Virus record (IMG/VR): IMGVR_UViG_3300036770_004511
Span: 3,672 to 67,671 of that record
Source of the DNA: a virus
Strand: one strand, 5' to 3'
Length of the DNA stretch: 64,000 nucleotides
Shown piece by piece: positions 40,643-49,667 of this stretch. Numbering within the stretch: position 1 is the first letter of the stretch; the number at the start of each line of letters is the position of its first letter. The position numbers were made by a program, and so were the translations under genes. Under the pieces are notes generated by a model, which saw only the letters and a list, made by a program, of their open reading frames with translations, had not been told where the DNA came from and did no database searches.

Positions 40643-42934
40643 TTAAGGCGTTGGAGTTGGGGTTGGTGTCGGTACTGGGGTCGGAGGTGTCGGTATAGGT
40701 GGTGTCACGCTGGTGTCGGCGACATTAACCGACGCTGCTGTAGCTACCACTGTTCCTACCTGTGAATCAGTTCTAATTTGTAGTATTAGAGTTTGTGTGC
40801 CTTCTGTTTCGCTGTCAATGTACGGCTGTAGTGCAATATAAGCAAATCCACTAGCATAACTACCTTGCACTGACACGTTTCCAAGATTTACATTTTCATT
40901 AAAGTCTCTGGCATTGGTTGTTCCAATGTTGTTCCAATACAAGGTTGTACCAACCGGAACATAGGTAGTCTTTAATGTGTAAACAATCAATCCACCTTCA
41001 TTAACTGATGCAGGCGGAGCAGGATCAAATATATATGTTGGTGTTAGGCTAGAATCAATTACGTTAACTGTAGCGGCAGTGGCTACAGATGGTCCGGCTA
41101 CGGTCTTTGCTAGATTAACTATCAAAGTTTCTAGCGTTTCCGTAGTCGAATCTAGTCTAGGTGTAATTTGTAGAGTAGCATTACCATTGTTGTCTAATAT
41201 CACCACACCGTTGTTAACACCACCTACTAGGTCAACAGCAGTTGTAGTCCCGGTATTGGTCCAGTAAACCGGTGTTCCACCAGGTACACTGACTGTGGTA
41301 ATGGTGTATCCCACTGTGTTACCTTCGTGTACCATTGGTACATTTGGTGTGATGGTATAGCTAGGCGTGAAGCTGAGATCAGTTACTGTAACTGCTGAAC
41401 TGGTAGCCACTACCGGAACAGCAACACCAGGTCTACGACGCAATTCTAATTGAATTGTTTCGGTACCAGTTTCTGTAGTTATATCATTTGCCAGCGTTCT
41501 AACAATACTAGCAGTATTACTAAACACTCTAATATATCCAGAGTTGCGATTATCTGTAAAATCTGCCGCAGTTGTTGTACCCACGTTGGTCCAGTAAATA
41601 CCTGCACCATTGGCTACATTGGTTGTAGTAATATCGAAAGATACAGCATTACCTTCTGTTACCACACTGGTATTAGCGGTTACTGTTACACTATCTTGAA
41701 TTTGTACGTGACTATCTTCGGTCGCTTCGTCGGCTGCTGTGAGCACCATAATACGCATACCTGTACCATACTGTCTTGTAGCATATGCTGCTGTGTAGGT
41801 ACGAGGAGTGGATTCGCCGTATACTTTTACATCAATTACACTACCACCGCCCACAACTTCTGCGCCTACTGTTCCAACCATGTCAAGCTCGTCGCTGTAT
41901 CTAAAACGTGGGGTACTTAGGTTGTTAATAAAACTAACCACATATTCACCACTTTCTGTGATACTATTTTGTGGGAATGGGTTTAACACAGCAGGACTGT
42001 CTGTGGTATTAACCGCTGCATATTTTTTACGACTTGGACTAACCACATCCAATTCACGCACAATAAATTTGAAAAAGTTTTTGGGATTAGTAGTTCCGCC
42101 CACGCAAAAAACCGGACAACGACTACGCTCTAATTCAGGATCGTTATCTCCACGCAACGGACCACCACCACGTACATGACCTGTTAGGCGATCAACTGCA
42201 CGTTGTACCACAAACCAACGAAATGGGCTTTTACCATAACCTTCATCACTTTCAACTCTCTGTGCTTCGGTGGCCGCTACTGTACCTGAGGTTTCCCAAT
42301 TAGTTTGAGGAATTTCTTCTTGGCTGTCCTCCCAAACTCCTAAATATATACCACGGTTACTCATGCTTAACATGTAACTCATTGGATATGCACGATTAGC
42401 AGATTCTTCTTTGTTGTTTACTGCTCGATCAATCCAGTTTAATTTACTGTTACGCTTGTCAGGACTACCAAATTGGCTAGTTGTGTCAGTTGAGTTCTCT
42501 TTCCATTTAGCCCACAGCTCACTAAGATTTCCCGGTGGTTCAATTTGTGCCACAAACTTTGCAGCGTCATCTGTGGCTGTATCAGACGGTTTTTCACGTC
42601 TGTCGTTTAGAAAAGCAATCGTGCCTGAATCTGGCAATTGTAGACTGGTTCCTAGATGCACAGCCAATCTATCTTCATCAATCAAATTAAAACACACACG
42701 CCATGCACTGGTGATATTACTGTTACTGACTTGGTACTCGGCCAATGGATCAATGTCTGATGTACCTTCGTAAATAAACTTTCCACTAGTTGATGAAGTC
42801 GTAGGAGCAGTGGAAGTTTTTAATTTGAAATACTGTTTACCGTTAGGATGTACTTTGGTTAATTCGCCATGCAGATCCGTTAATAATTCTGCAATTTTAA
42901 GAAATCCTAATTTAGTTACTGATACAACAGCCAT
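40643..42934 (-). CDS. Virion structural protein (paralog of 42946-45174) with three C-terminal Calx-beta-like repeats and Pro-Thr tail
   Basis: Shared YP..Y..S..RG..G.WE, QRxVDRLTG, RCPVFC, KFIVRE and NLxTPRFRYSxELDMVG motifs; three V.EG..V.(F/Y)TITT..V..G...YWxNxGTT units. Confidence 0.75.
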   Translation of the reverse strand: MAVVSVTKLGFLKIAELLTDLHGELTKVHPNGKQYFKLKTSTAPTTSSTSGKFIYEGTSDIDPLAEYQVSNSNITSAWRVCFNLIDEDRLAVHLGTSLQLPDSGTIAFLNDRREKPSDTATDDAAKFVAQIEPPGNLSELWAKWKENSTDTTSQFGSPDKRNSKLNWIDRAVNNKEESANRAYPMSYMLSMSNRGIYLGVWEDSQEEIPQTNWETSGTVAATEAQRVESDEGYGKSPFRWFVVQRAVDRLTGHVRGGGPLRGDNDPELERSRCPVFCVGGTTNPKNFFKFIVRELDVVSPSRKKYAAVNTTDSPAVLNPFPQNSITESGEYVVSFINNLSTPRFRYSDELDMVGTVGAEVVGGGSVIDVKVYGESTPRTYTAAYATRQYGTGMRIMVLTAADEATEDSHVQIQDSVTVTANTSVVTEGNAVSFDITTTNVANGAGIYWTNVGTTTAADFTDNRNSGYIRVFSNTASIVRTLANDITTETGTETIQLELRRRPGVAVPVVATSSAVTVTDLSFTPSYTITPNVPMVHEGNTVGYTITTVSVPGGTPVYWTNTGTTTAVDLVGGVNNGVVILDNNGNATLQITPRLDSTTETLETLIVNLAKTVAGPSVATAATVNVIDSSLTPTYIFDPAPPASVNEGGLIVYTLKTTYVPVGTTLYWNNIGTTNARDFNENVNLGNVSVQGSYASGFAYIALQPYIDSETEGTQTLILQIRTDSQVGTVVATAASVNVADTSVTPPIPTPPTPVPTPTPTPTP

Positions 42935-42945
42935 TTATCTATCCT

Positions 42946-45174
42946 TTATTGTATTGGTAAATCGGGTTTGTCTGGAATATCTTTTAGTATCGCTATTCTC
43001 AGTCCGGTATTGTAAGAGTTATTAGCCGGCATGGCTCTATATGTACGCGGTCCCGATTCTGCATATGCTGCCAGTGCAATATCGTTTGTAGCCATACACA
43101 CATCTGCAGAGGTTTGACCTACCATATCTAATTCACTGGAATATCTAAACCTTGGCGTAGTCAAATTGTGCAAGAAACTAATTAAGAATTTACTATCCTC
43201 AGTCAACGCAATTTGTTTAGTACTATTAATTATAGCAAAACTATCTTGGCTGTGTGCGTCTGCAGGGGTGCGATATGGGGTAGATTGATCTTTGATCTTC
43301 CAGTCACTGACTGTGCCACCAGTAGTATCAAGGGTATAGCTGCGTGTGTCCTTGTCACCTTGTGTTGGGTGCGGGGCGTCGCTTTCGCGAACAATAAATT
43401 TCCAATACCTGTGGCCTACACTATTAATGCAAAAAACTGGACATCTACCGGTGGTAATCACTTTACCTGTTAAACGATCAACCGGGCGTTGTATTAATAC
43501 CCAATTGAAAAATACATCACTGTCTGACTTGGTCTTTTGCATCACACTCCAGTTACTTTCCCAAATTCCAAAGAAAAGTCCTCTGTCAGTAATACTCATT
43601 GTGTAGTTAATAGGATATGTTTCTGGATCCCCTTTGCCAGCGCTGGCTCCTACACGTATTTTTCTGTTAATAAATCCTTGATCTGGTTTGGTTGTATCTG
43701 GTTTAACATTTGGACTCGCGCCACCGGTTGGGGCATTACCGACTAAACCAGCTAAATCAGTTACAGTAGTTCCAGTTTCGTTCCAAATCTTACTAACTGT
43801 ACCATTATCCTTTAATTGCAAATCAGTAGCAGCATAAACTGTAGCAGTTTGAGTATCTAATACATCAAACTGTATTCTCCATGGCTGAATGTCTTCGAAT
43901 ACAAAATGTAATTGCTCGCCATCGGCAATGCTCTGATTAGAAGTCAGTGTAACTTTTGCCCAGCTGGTATTAGCACTAATAACATCTTTCACATACACAG
44001 TCCCATTAACTGTACCAACTGTTAGCGCACTGGTTACACGATGACCTGGCCATACTACTCGCTCAAAATTATTTGTGCTAGTTAAATTATTAACGGTTAA
44101 TATGTTACCGGAACTCATACTGGCTACTACATTACCATAAACACCAGCTGGATCACTAAGAGGATCAATTGCTCCGGTGGTTTCTAGTACAACTTTATAT
44201 GTATCGGGCACTGTTAAATTATTGTTAACAACTGTGGCACCTGCTCCACGCAATAACACTGTTTCGCCTGCTGCTATGTTAGCAGATTGGTTTAACTTAA
44301 AGTACCAGGCCTTACGTAAATTCTCATATCCAGAAGTGACCACTCCACCAATTTGACCGGAGATGGTAGCATTAATCGGAATATCAAAAGCTATTTTACT
44401 AACAATCCTGGTGCCTGGAGGAATGTCAGTTCCTAATAGGGCAGACGCTGGATCTGCAAAAATCTCCATACCTTCGTAACGAACTGTACTACTATTTGTA
44501 GACTCGTCTTGCCATGACCAAATTGCGTTAGCAGCAGTAGGCCAAGTAGTTCCAGAATTGCCACCTTCGCCACCTGTTCCCCACTCAGTAACCCAGTCAG
44601 AATAAAACGAAGGCGTAGACATTGGAGGATGAGTTGCTTTAACATATCTCGGACGTCCTGAAGTAACAGGAGTAATACCTGAACTGTTATTAATCTGCAT
44701 CCTATTGACAAATTGTGCTTTGCTAAAAAGAAGGTCCGCTGTATATGGATCAGCTGCGCTGGAGTATACCAAGGGCCTTGGCTGTACTGTGTCAACTGTA
44801 ATGTATTTGGTACCCGACGGTACAGTCCAATCTCGCAGTGTACCATCTACTGGATCAACCTGCGTAACTGTGATAGCATATGGTTGTGCTACACTGGCGT
44901 TTGGCTCAAATGCCACTAGCTTATCACCAATGGAGTAGCCTTTTCCTCTGTTGTTTAGATCGTATAAACGCTCAGCTACAGGCCATCCACTGAATGCTGT
45001 ATTTTTAGTGGTACTTTCAACAAACACCACGTTGACTACAGAAAATGCCCCGGTGCTTAACATGTCATTTACCATACTGTAAATAACTTGCCCAACTGTG
45101 ACAAATCCTGTCTTTTCAACAGAATAGAACTTTCTGTTAAGTTTTACATTTTCGTAGACTGTACGAACGGCCAT
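42946..45174 (-). CDS. Virion structural protein (paralog of 40643-42934) with large internal insertions
   Basis: Same conserved blocks as 40643-42934; AAGGA SD and TAAATA upstream. Confidence 0.75.
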   Translation of the reverse strand: MAVRTVYENVKLNRKFYSVEKTGFVTVGQVIYSMVNDMLSTGAFSVVNVVFVESTTKNTAFSGWPVAERLYDLNNRGKGYSIGDKLVAFEPNASVAQPYAITVTQVDPVDGTLRDWTVPSGTKYITVDTVQPRPLVYSSAADPYTADLLFSKAQFVNRMQINNSSGITPVTSGRPRYVKATHPPMSTPSFYSDWVTEWGTGGEGGNSGTTWPTAANAIWSWQDESTNSSTVRYEGMEIFADPASALLGTDIPPGTRIVSKIAFDIPINATISGQIGGVVTSGYENLRKAWYFKLNQSANIAAGETVLLRGAGATVVNNNLTVPDTYKVVLETTGAIDPLSDPAGVYGNVVASMSSGNILTVNNLTSTNNFERVVWPGHRVTSALTVGTVNGTVYVKDVISANTSWAKVTLTSNQSIADGEQLHFVFEDIQPWRIQFDVLDTQTATVYAATDLQLKDNGTVSKIWNETGTTVTDLAGLVGNAPTGGASPNVKPDTTKPDQGFINRKIRVGASAGKGDPETYPINYTMSITDRGLFFGIWESNWSVMQKTKSDSDVFFNWVLIQRPVDRLTGKVITTGRCPVFCINSVGHRYWKFIVRESDAPHPTQGDKDTRSYTLDTTGGTVSDWKIKDQSTPYRTPADAHSQDSFAIINSTKQIALTEDSKFLISFLHNLTTPRFRYSSELDMVGQTSADVCMATNDIALAAYAESGPRTYRAMPANNSYNTGLRIAILKDIPDKPDLPIQ

Positions 45175-45250
45175 TATAAAATCCTTTAATTCTAAGAACT
45201 TATTTTATTTATGAAAAAATACCACACTGTAGTCCCATGTTATATTTACC

Positions 45251-45874
45251 TTAGCTGAGTATTGACGTATAGTAGTAAAATTGTAGTACAACTGGAGACC
45301 CAGCTCCCACTGAACTTACACTAGTAATTGTTGCATACACATTAGACTGAGGGGGTTCTTCCATGTTAGCAAATATGCTGTAATTTCTACTTTGGTAGCT
45401 ACTGCCATCATTCAAAGTCACAGTTCCATCGTCGGTTAAATGGCCACTGGCGCTAATAAAAGTATACGGATTAGGTTCAGTTTTGGCCGGACTACCAAAA
45501 ACTTCAACTTTGATTCCTGGGCGATTGACAGTAACGTTATATACAATCGAACTTAGTCCTGTGTTTAGAATTACGTTAGCATTTCCGTACCCAGGCAAAC
45601 TAGGTATAGTCACTGTATATCTTTGTCTTGTAATACTGGCATTAATCGGGGCAGGACCCCAAAATGTTTTTAAGCTACCCGATCCCTCTGCATACAGAAT
45701 AGATCTTCCAGTGGGTGCCACATTAGGTAAGGTATACAGTGGCTTATCACTGCCCACTGTAATAGATCTGTTGGTTACATCAAAATACAGTAAATTACCG
45801 TCGATGCGTAGGTCTACCCCTTGGCGTTCCAAGTTGGGCAACAGCATTGGACCTGATACGCGACCTATAGCCAT
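45251..45874 (-). CDS. Virion protein with MAIGRVSGP N-terminal module
   Basis: MAIGRVSGPMLLPNLERQGVDL...LLYFDV; C-terminal NPYTF...HLTDDG domain; AAGGA SD. Confidence 0.65.
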   Translation of the reverse strand: MAIGRVSGPMLLPNLERQGVDLRIDGNLLYFDVTNRSITVGSDKPLYTLPNVAPTGRSILYAEGSGSLKTFWGPAPINASITRQRYTVTIPSLPGYGNANVILNTGLSSIVYNVTVNRPGIKVEVFGSPAKTEPNPYTFISASGHLTDDGTVTLNDGSSYQSRNYSIFANMEEPPQSNVYATITSVSSVGAGSPVVLQFYYYTSILS

Positions 45875-45883
45875 GTTGTTTCC

Positions 45884-47071
45884 TTATGAAAGAACAACGT
45901 TCTTAATTAGTTTGATATTATCCAAGTATAATTGAGTTCCTACTGCCCCACCACCGGATCTATCAGTACTACCTGAAACTACTACTAATCTATATTCCCC
46001 AGCTTCAGAGGGTGTAAATGTACGTGATAATTTAGTCCACGGTTTCGATGCACCAAATTCGTGTAGCAATAATAAAGTATTGCAGGTTTTTCCAACCAAG
46101 TACATAACCACATCGTAATTTTCAGTAACATAAAAGGCTAATGGTTTGTTCTCAACCTTCCAATAAAGTTCCAGCGTGTCGCCACTGGCAATATTAACAA
46201 AATTATCACTAACTAGATAAGGTCCACGAGATACACCCGAAGCCTGGGTAATTGTACCCACGCTAAACAATAACAAACCACGTGTGCCTGTATCCCCAGG
46301 CGCAGCTTCTGTGACCACAGATCCATTGAATGCCACAGTGGCTAGCACAGAATCATCAAAAGAATAATTTGATAAATTAGTACTAACAGTGGGACATCCA
46401 GCAATATTTCGAGCACCATTGATTCTAGTATTTTCGAGATATATTTTCCATCCCGGGATAGAAATCTCAGTACCATACTGTGAAGCAGATGTAGTGGATT
46501 CAAATGTTCCGTTAACAAAATTATTCAATGTAGCGCCAATTGGCGGCGTGGGCGCCGGCACTGGTGTTGGTCCAGATGGTACCGGAAGAAGAACAGGAAC
46601 AGGAACTGGGACCGGGGGAGGTGGTGGTGTTGGCGGCGGTGGTGGTAACGCAGTAAATGCGTCACCGTTGGTTAGCCCGTGTAGTATAATAATAGGATGA
46701 TTCAACGGTGGTGGACTAGTAAATGATATATCATATCCGCTTACTGTATACGCACTATTAGGATTTTGAAAAACATTGTGTATGAATACCAATATAAACA
46801 ATTCATTACCATTGGGGTATGGATACTTCATAGGTCCGAATGAGACATCAGTGCCGTTACCATAAAATGTGTCTTTGGCGGGTACGTAGATTTCATTCCC
46901 CAACATACTACGCCATTTATTTTCAAAATATACCTCAGGTCTTTTTCGAGAAGTATTGTAGCGCATGAGTCCATCAACAGGTGATTCCGGACCAATGGCC
47001 ACAGACCCAACAGGCATTCTTATTGAATAGCTTCCAGATTTTAATTCACGATTTTTGGCATACCGCCCCAT
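45884..47071 (-). CDS. Virion protein: N-terminal fibre-type modules, Pro-rich linker, jelly-roll/CBM-like domain
   Basis: MPVG...GLMRYN; FYGNG...VFIHNVFQNP..AYT domain; C-terminal domain homologous to that in 30254-32806. Confidence 0.7.
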   Translation of the reverse strand: MGRYAKNRELKSGSYSIRMPVGSVAIGPESPVDGLMRYNTSRKRPEVYFENKWRSMLGNEIYVPAKDTFYGNGTDVSFGPMKYPYPNGNELFILVFIHNVFQNPNSAYTVSGYDISFTSPPPLNHPIIILHGLTNGDAFTALPPPPPTPPPPPVPVPVPVLLPVPSGPTPVPAPTPPIGATLNNFVNGTFESTTSASQYGTEISIPGWKIYLENTRINGARNIAGCPTVSTNLSNYSFDDSVLATVAFNGSVVTEAAPGDTGTRGLLLFSVGTITQASGVSRGPYLVSDNFVNIASGDTLELYWKVENKPLAFYVTENYDVVMYLVGKTCNTLLLLHEFGASKPWTKLSRTFTPSEAGEYRLVVVSGSTDRSGGGAVGTQLYLDNIKLIKNVVLS

Positions 47072-47073
47072 AG

Positions 47074-47400
47074 TTAAACCTCTATAGAGCTCACGGTAAC
47101 TACCACATTAACAGCAGGATTAGCCGATGGCAAAATTAAATTTGCAAACAATGCATCGCCAGGAGATAGCATGAGTTTTTCTGTGTCCATTACATAGGTA
47201 TCATTAGCAGTCAAACTAACATTATAATAGATAGCCCGACTCATTGAAACAGTTTGTCCATTAGGCACTGCAAACACACAAAAATTAGTAGGCTGGGAGC
47301 CAATGTTACACAAATACACACAAGTTATTACACTACTGCCAGTAATGCTGGTAAAAATTGGTGATGGTACGTTAGTTAATAAGGTGCTAGTAAATGCCAT
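47074..47400 (-). CDS. Small adaptor-like beta protein
   Basis: ITCVYLCN...DTYVMDTEKLMLSPGDAL; same size and pattern as 29832-30188. Confidence 0.7.
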   Translation of the reverse strand: MAFTSTLLTNVPSPIFTSITGSSVITCVYLCNIGSQPTNFCVFAVPNGQTVSMSRAIYYNVSLTANDTYVMDTEKLMLSPGDALFANLILPSANPAVNVVVTVSSIEV

Positions 47401-47404
47401 ATAA

Positions 47405-48070
47405 TTACATCAATAATGAAAATATCAATGCCTTGCGTTTGGTAATAAATTCTTCCTGCCTACCTGTAGGCAGCGTTGTGAAAATTCCAGTCTCGCCTGG
47501 GCCCGGCGCTTGAGCATACATCAGGCTACTCTGGGGCACAAAGGGTACAACAAACCCCGGAGGTGTATGTTTGACTTGTAGCGCACCTTGAGTACTGGTT
47601 TCCGACCAGCCTGGTACTAAAATAATATTGCAGGGAAATGGACTGCGTATTTCATAACAGTCGGTATACAAATGATTGCCCAGTCTGGGTAATAGATCAT
47701 CTTGTATTTTTCTTAATACAGGATCAACAGCTATATTACTATAATTAGTTCCATCATTGGTTAATTGCCAAGCATTGCTAGACTCATTCCACTTTATTGT
47801 AACATCTGGTTCTAGACCACGTTCTACCCGTATCCCAGCATCTAGTACCGGTGTGCCAGTTACATTACCACTGACTGTAATAAATTGATTGTCTATTATA
47901 CTGTTAACACTTTGTACTGTAATAGTTTGTCCGCTAACGTACAAATTTCCATTTACATGGACACCGCCTTGTCCGTTGTTTGGTGTAAAGAAAATATCTC
48001 CAGTACCACAAATTGTGTTACCAACGGTTTCAATAGTGTAACTGCCGGTGATTCTGTCATAGGAGCTCAT
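47405..48070 (-). CDS. Virion fibre-base protein with hydrophobic C-terminal tail
   Basis: VNGNLYVSG...DAGIRVERG...WNES; ends FITKRKALIFSLLM. Confidence 0.7.
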   Translation of the reverse strand: MSSYDRITGSYTIETVGNTICGTGDIFFTPNNGQGGVHVNGNLYVSGQTITVQSVNSIIDNQFITVSGNVTGTPVLDAGIRVERGLEPDVTIKWNESSNAWQLTNDGTNYSNIAVDPVLRKIQDDLLPRLGNHLYTDCYEIRSPFPCNIILVPGWSETSTQGALQVKHTPPGFVVPFVPQSSLMYAQAPGPGETGIFTTLPTGRQEEFITKRKALIFSLLM

Positions 48071-48098
48071 ATTCGATATTTATCTAAACATATAATCA

Positions 48099-48128
48099 AA
48101 AAAATAGCACCCGAAGGTGCTATTTTTT
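48099..48128 (-). terminator. Rho-independent terminator (C-UUCG-G loop on the minus strand; could act on both strands)
   Basis: AAAAAATAGCACC-CGAA-GGTGCTATTTTTT directly after 48143-48562. Confidence 0.9.
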
Positions 48129-48142
48129 ATTCACTGCTGTGA

Positions 48143-48562
48143 TTATAGATCAACAGCATTAGTGCCAGCATCATCATCGCCAGCTTCTTCGATCTGTGCT
48201 GTACTGTCTGTAGTACTAGAACTAAAGTTCCATGGTCCTACAAAAATTACTGCGCCACTGGCGTCAACCACAGTTATTTTACGAGCTGTGATTTTACTAA
48301 CATACCCAACTGCGCCTCCTGTAGCACCATCGTCACCTTGTGCCTTGATGCTCATTTCACCTGCTGCTAAACTACCGTCAGCTTTGTTGACTAATGTGCA
48401 AATAGCAGTGGTACTGGCACCAACTTCTTGACATTTGAATTTTTTACTACCTAGTTGCTTAACAATATATCCATTTACACTAGATGTACCGTTGTGAAAA
48501 CGCACACGAATATTATTGTTGGTATCGGCAGAAAAATATCTTTTATTAATTGGACGTCCCAT
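48143..48562 (-). CDS. Conserved virion protein (MGRPINKRYF family; possible head decoration protein)
   Basis: AAGGAG SD, own TAAATA promoter and terminator; GYIVKQLGSKKF motif. Confidence 0.7.
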   Translation of the reverse strand: MGRPINKRYFSADTNNNIRVRFHNGTSSVNGYIVKQLGSKKFKCQEVGASTTAICTLVNKADGSLAAGEMSIKAQGDDGATGGAVGYVSKITARKITVVDASGAVIFVGPWNFSSSTTDSTAQIEEAGDDDAGTNAVDL

Positions 48563-48582
48563 TTGTTTCTCCTTGGTAATGG

Positions 48583-48635
48583 CGTTCTAGGCCTACGGGG
48601 TGGGTTCCCCATAAACTCTCTGTTAAGAGCGAACA
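48583..48635 (-). promoter_or_regulatory. Structured 5' leader (three-way junction) of 48143-48562
   Basis: Minus strand: UGUUC/GAACG closes GCUCU-loop-AGAGU and UUAUGGGG-loop-CCCCGUAG; lies between TAAATA (48639-48644) and the SD. Confidence 0.6.
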
Positions 48636-48681
48636 TAGTATTTACCTATCATAAATAATAAACAACCCACGAGGTGACCAT

Positions 48682-49590
48682 ATGCGTTCGATTATTGCTA
48701 TATCTATCGCTACCCTGTTTATAGCAGGTTGCGCTACAAACACAGATTATAAAATGTATGCTGAAACTCAGCAAAAAATTGCACAAGCTAATGCTGTGGC
48801 TCAAACAGCCAGGTATAATGCCCTAGCAGAAATTGCCAAATCTGGCGATAGTGCTGCCAAAGTTGCCGCTGTACTAAGTATTCAAATGGGCAATATGAAC
48901 GGTAGTGGTCAACCTCCTCAACAAAATATCGCAGCGCCAGAAGATCTTAATCAGAAAATGCTGCGTTGGGCAGGTGTGTTATTACCAACTGTAACACAAG
49001 GTTTGGGAATCGCGGCACAAATTCATGCTGCCAATGTACAAAAACAAGTAGCAGTTACACAAAGTAATAATGCTGCTGCTACTGCTCAAAACACTAATAA
49101 CACATTTGCTGCAATGAGCACAAGCATGGCTACTAGTAACACTAACATTGCCAAAGCTGGTTTTGATGCTATTGGTGCTGCCGGCACTGCACTGACAAAT
49201 GTAGCCACAGCTGGGCTAACTGCTACACAAAACACAGCCACAGCTGGTTTAACTACGGCAAGTACATTAGGTACTGCTGGTATTACACAAGTCGGAAGCA
49301 CAGCTCTTGCTGGATTTAATAATTCTACTATTTTAGGCACAGCTGGCATTAATGGTGTTAATGCTGCTACCACAACTGGTGTAACTGGCATCAATACTGC
49401 CATTGCAAGTGGAAATACTTTGACTAATAATGTAGCTACTGGGTACACCACTGCTTTACAATCGGCCATTGCTAAGTTAACTGGTACAACTACTACAACT
49501 ACAACTACAACAACCAATACTACAACTACAAGCACTAATAATAATGTTTGCCCAGCAGGACAAATATTAACTGGTGGTACATGCCAGTAA
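48682..49590 (+). CDS. Lipoprotein, Ala/Thr/Gly-rich, with 11-residue repeats
   Basis: Signal peptide with lipobox FIAG-C (MRSIIAISIATLFIAGC); GAGGTG SD; TAAATA at 48652-48657. Confidence 0.8.
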   Translation: MRSIIAISIATLFIAGCATNTDYKMYAETQQKIAQANAVAQTARYNALAEIAKSGDSAAKVAAVLSIQMGNMNGSGQPPQQNIAAPEDLNQKMLRWAGVLLPTVTQGLGIAAQIHAANVQKQVAVTQSNNAAATAQNTNNTFAAMSTSMATSNTNIAKAGFDAIGAAGTALTNVATAGLTATQNTATAGLTTASTLGTAGITQVGSTALAGFNNSTILGTAGINGVNAATTTGVTGINTAIASGNTLTNNVATGYTTALQSAIAKLTGTTTTTTTTTTNTTTTSTNNNVCPAGQILTGGTCQ

Positions 49591-49610
49591 CAATATAACT
49601 GTTAGCCAAC

Positions 49611-49636
49611 AAAAAACCGCCTTTCGGCGGTTTTTT
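49611..49636. terminator. Bidirectional rho-independent terminator between the lipoprotein and major capsid genes
   Basis: AAAAAA-CCGCC-TTTC-GGCGG-TTTTTT between convergent genes. Confidence 0.9.
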
Positions 49637-49667
49637 GTCCTTCCCATCCCTTGAGAAGAATTCCAGT

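Noticed and set aside
49086-49535. 149-aa hydrophobic poly-Val minus-strand ORF
   Set aside because: It is the antisense of the Thr/Ala-rich lipoprotein, which has the SD, promoter and lipobox.
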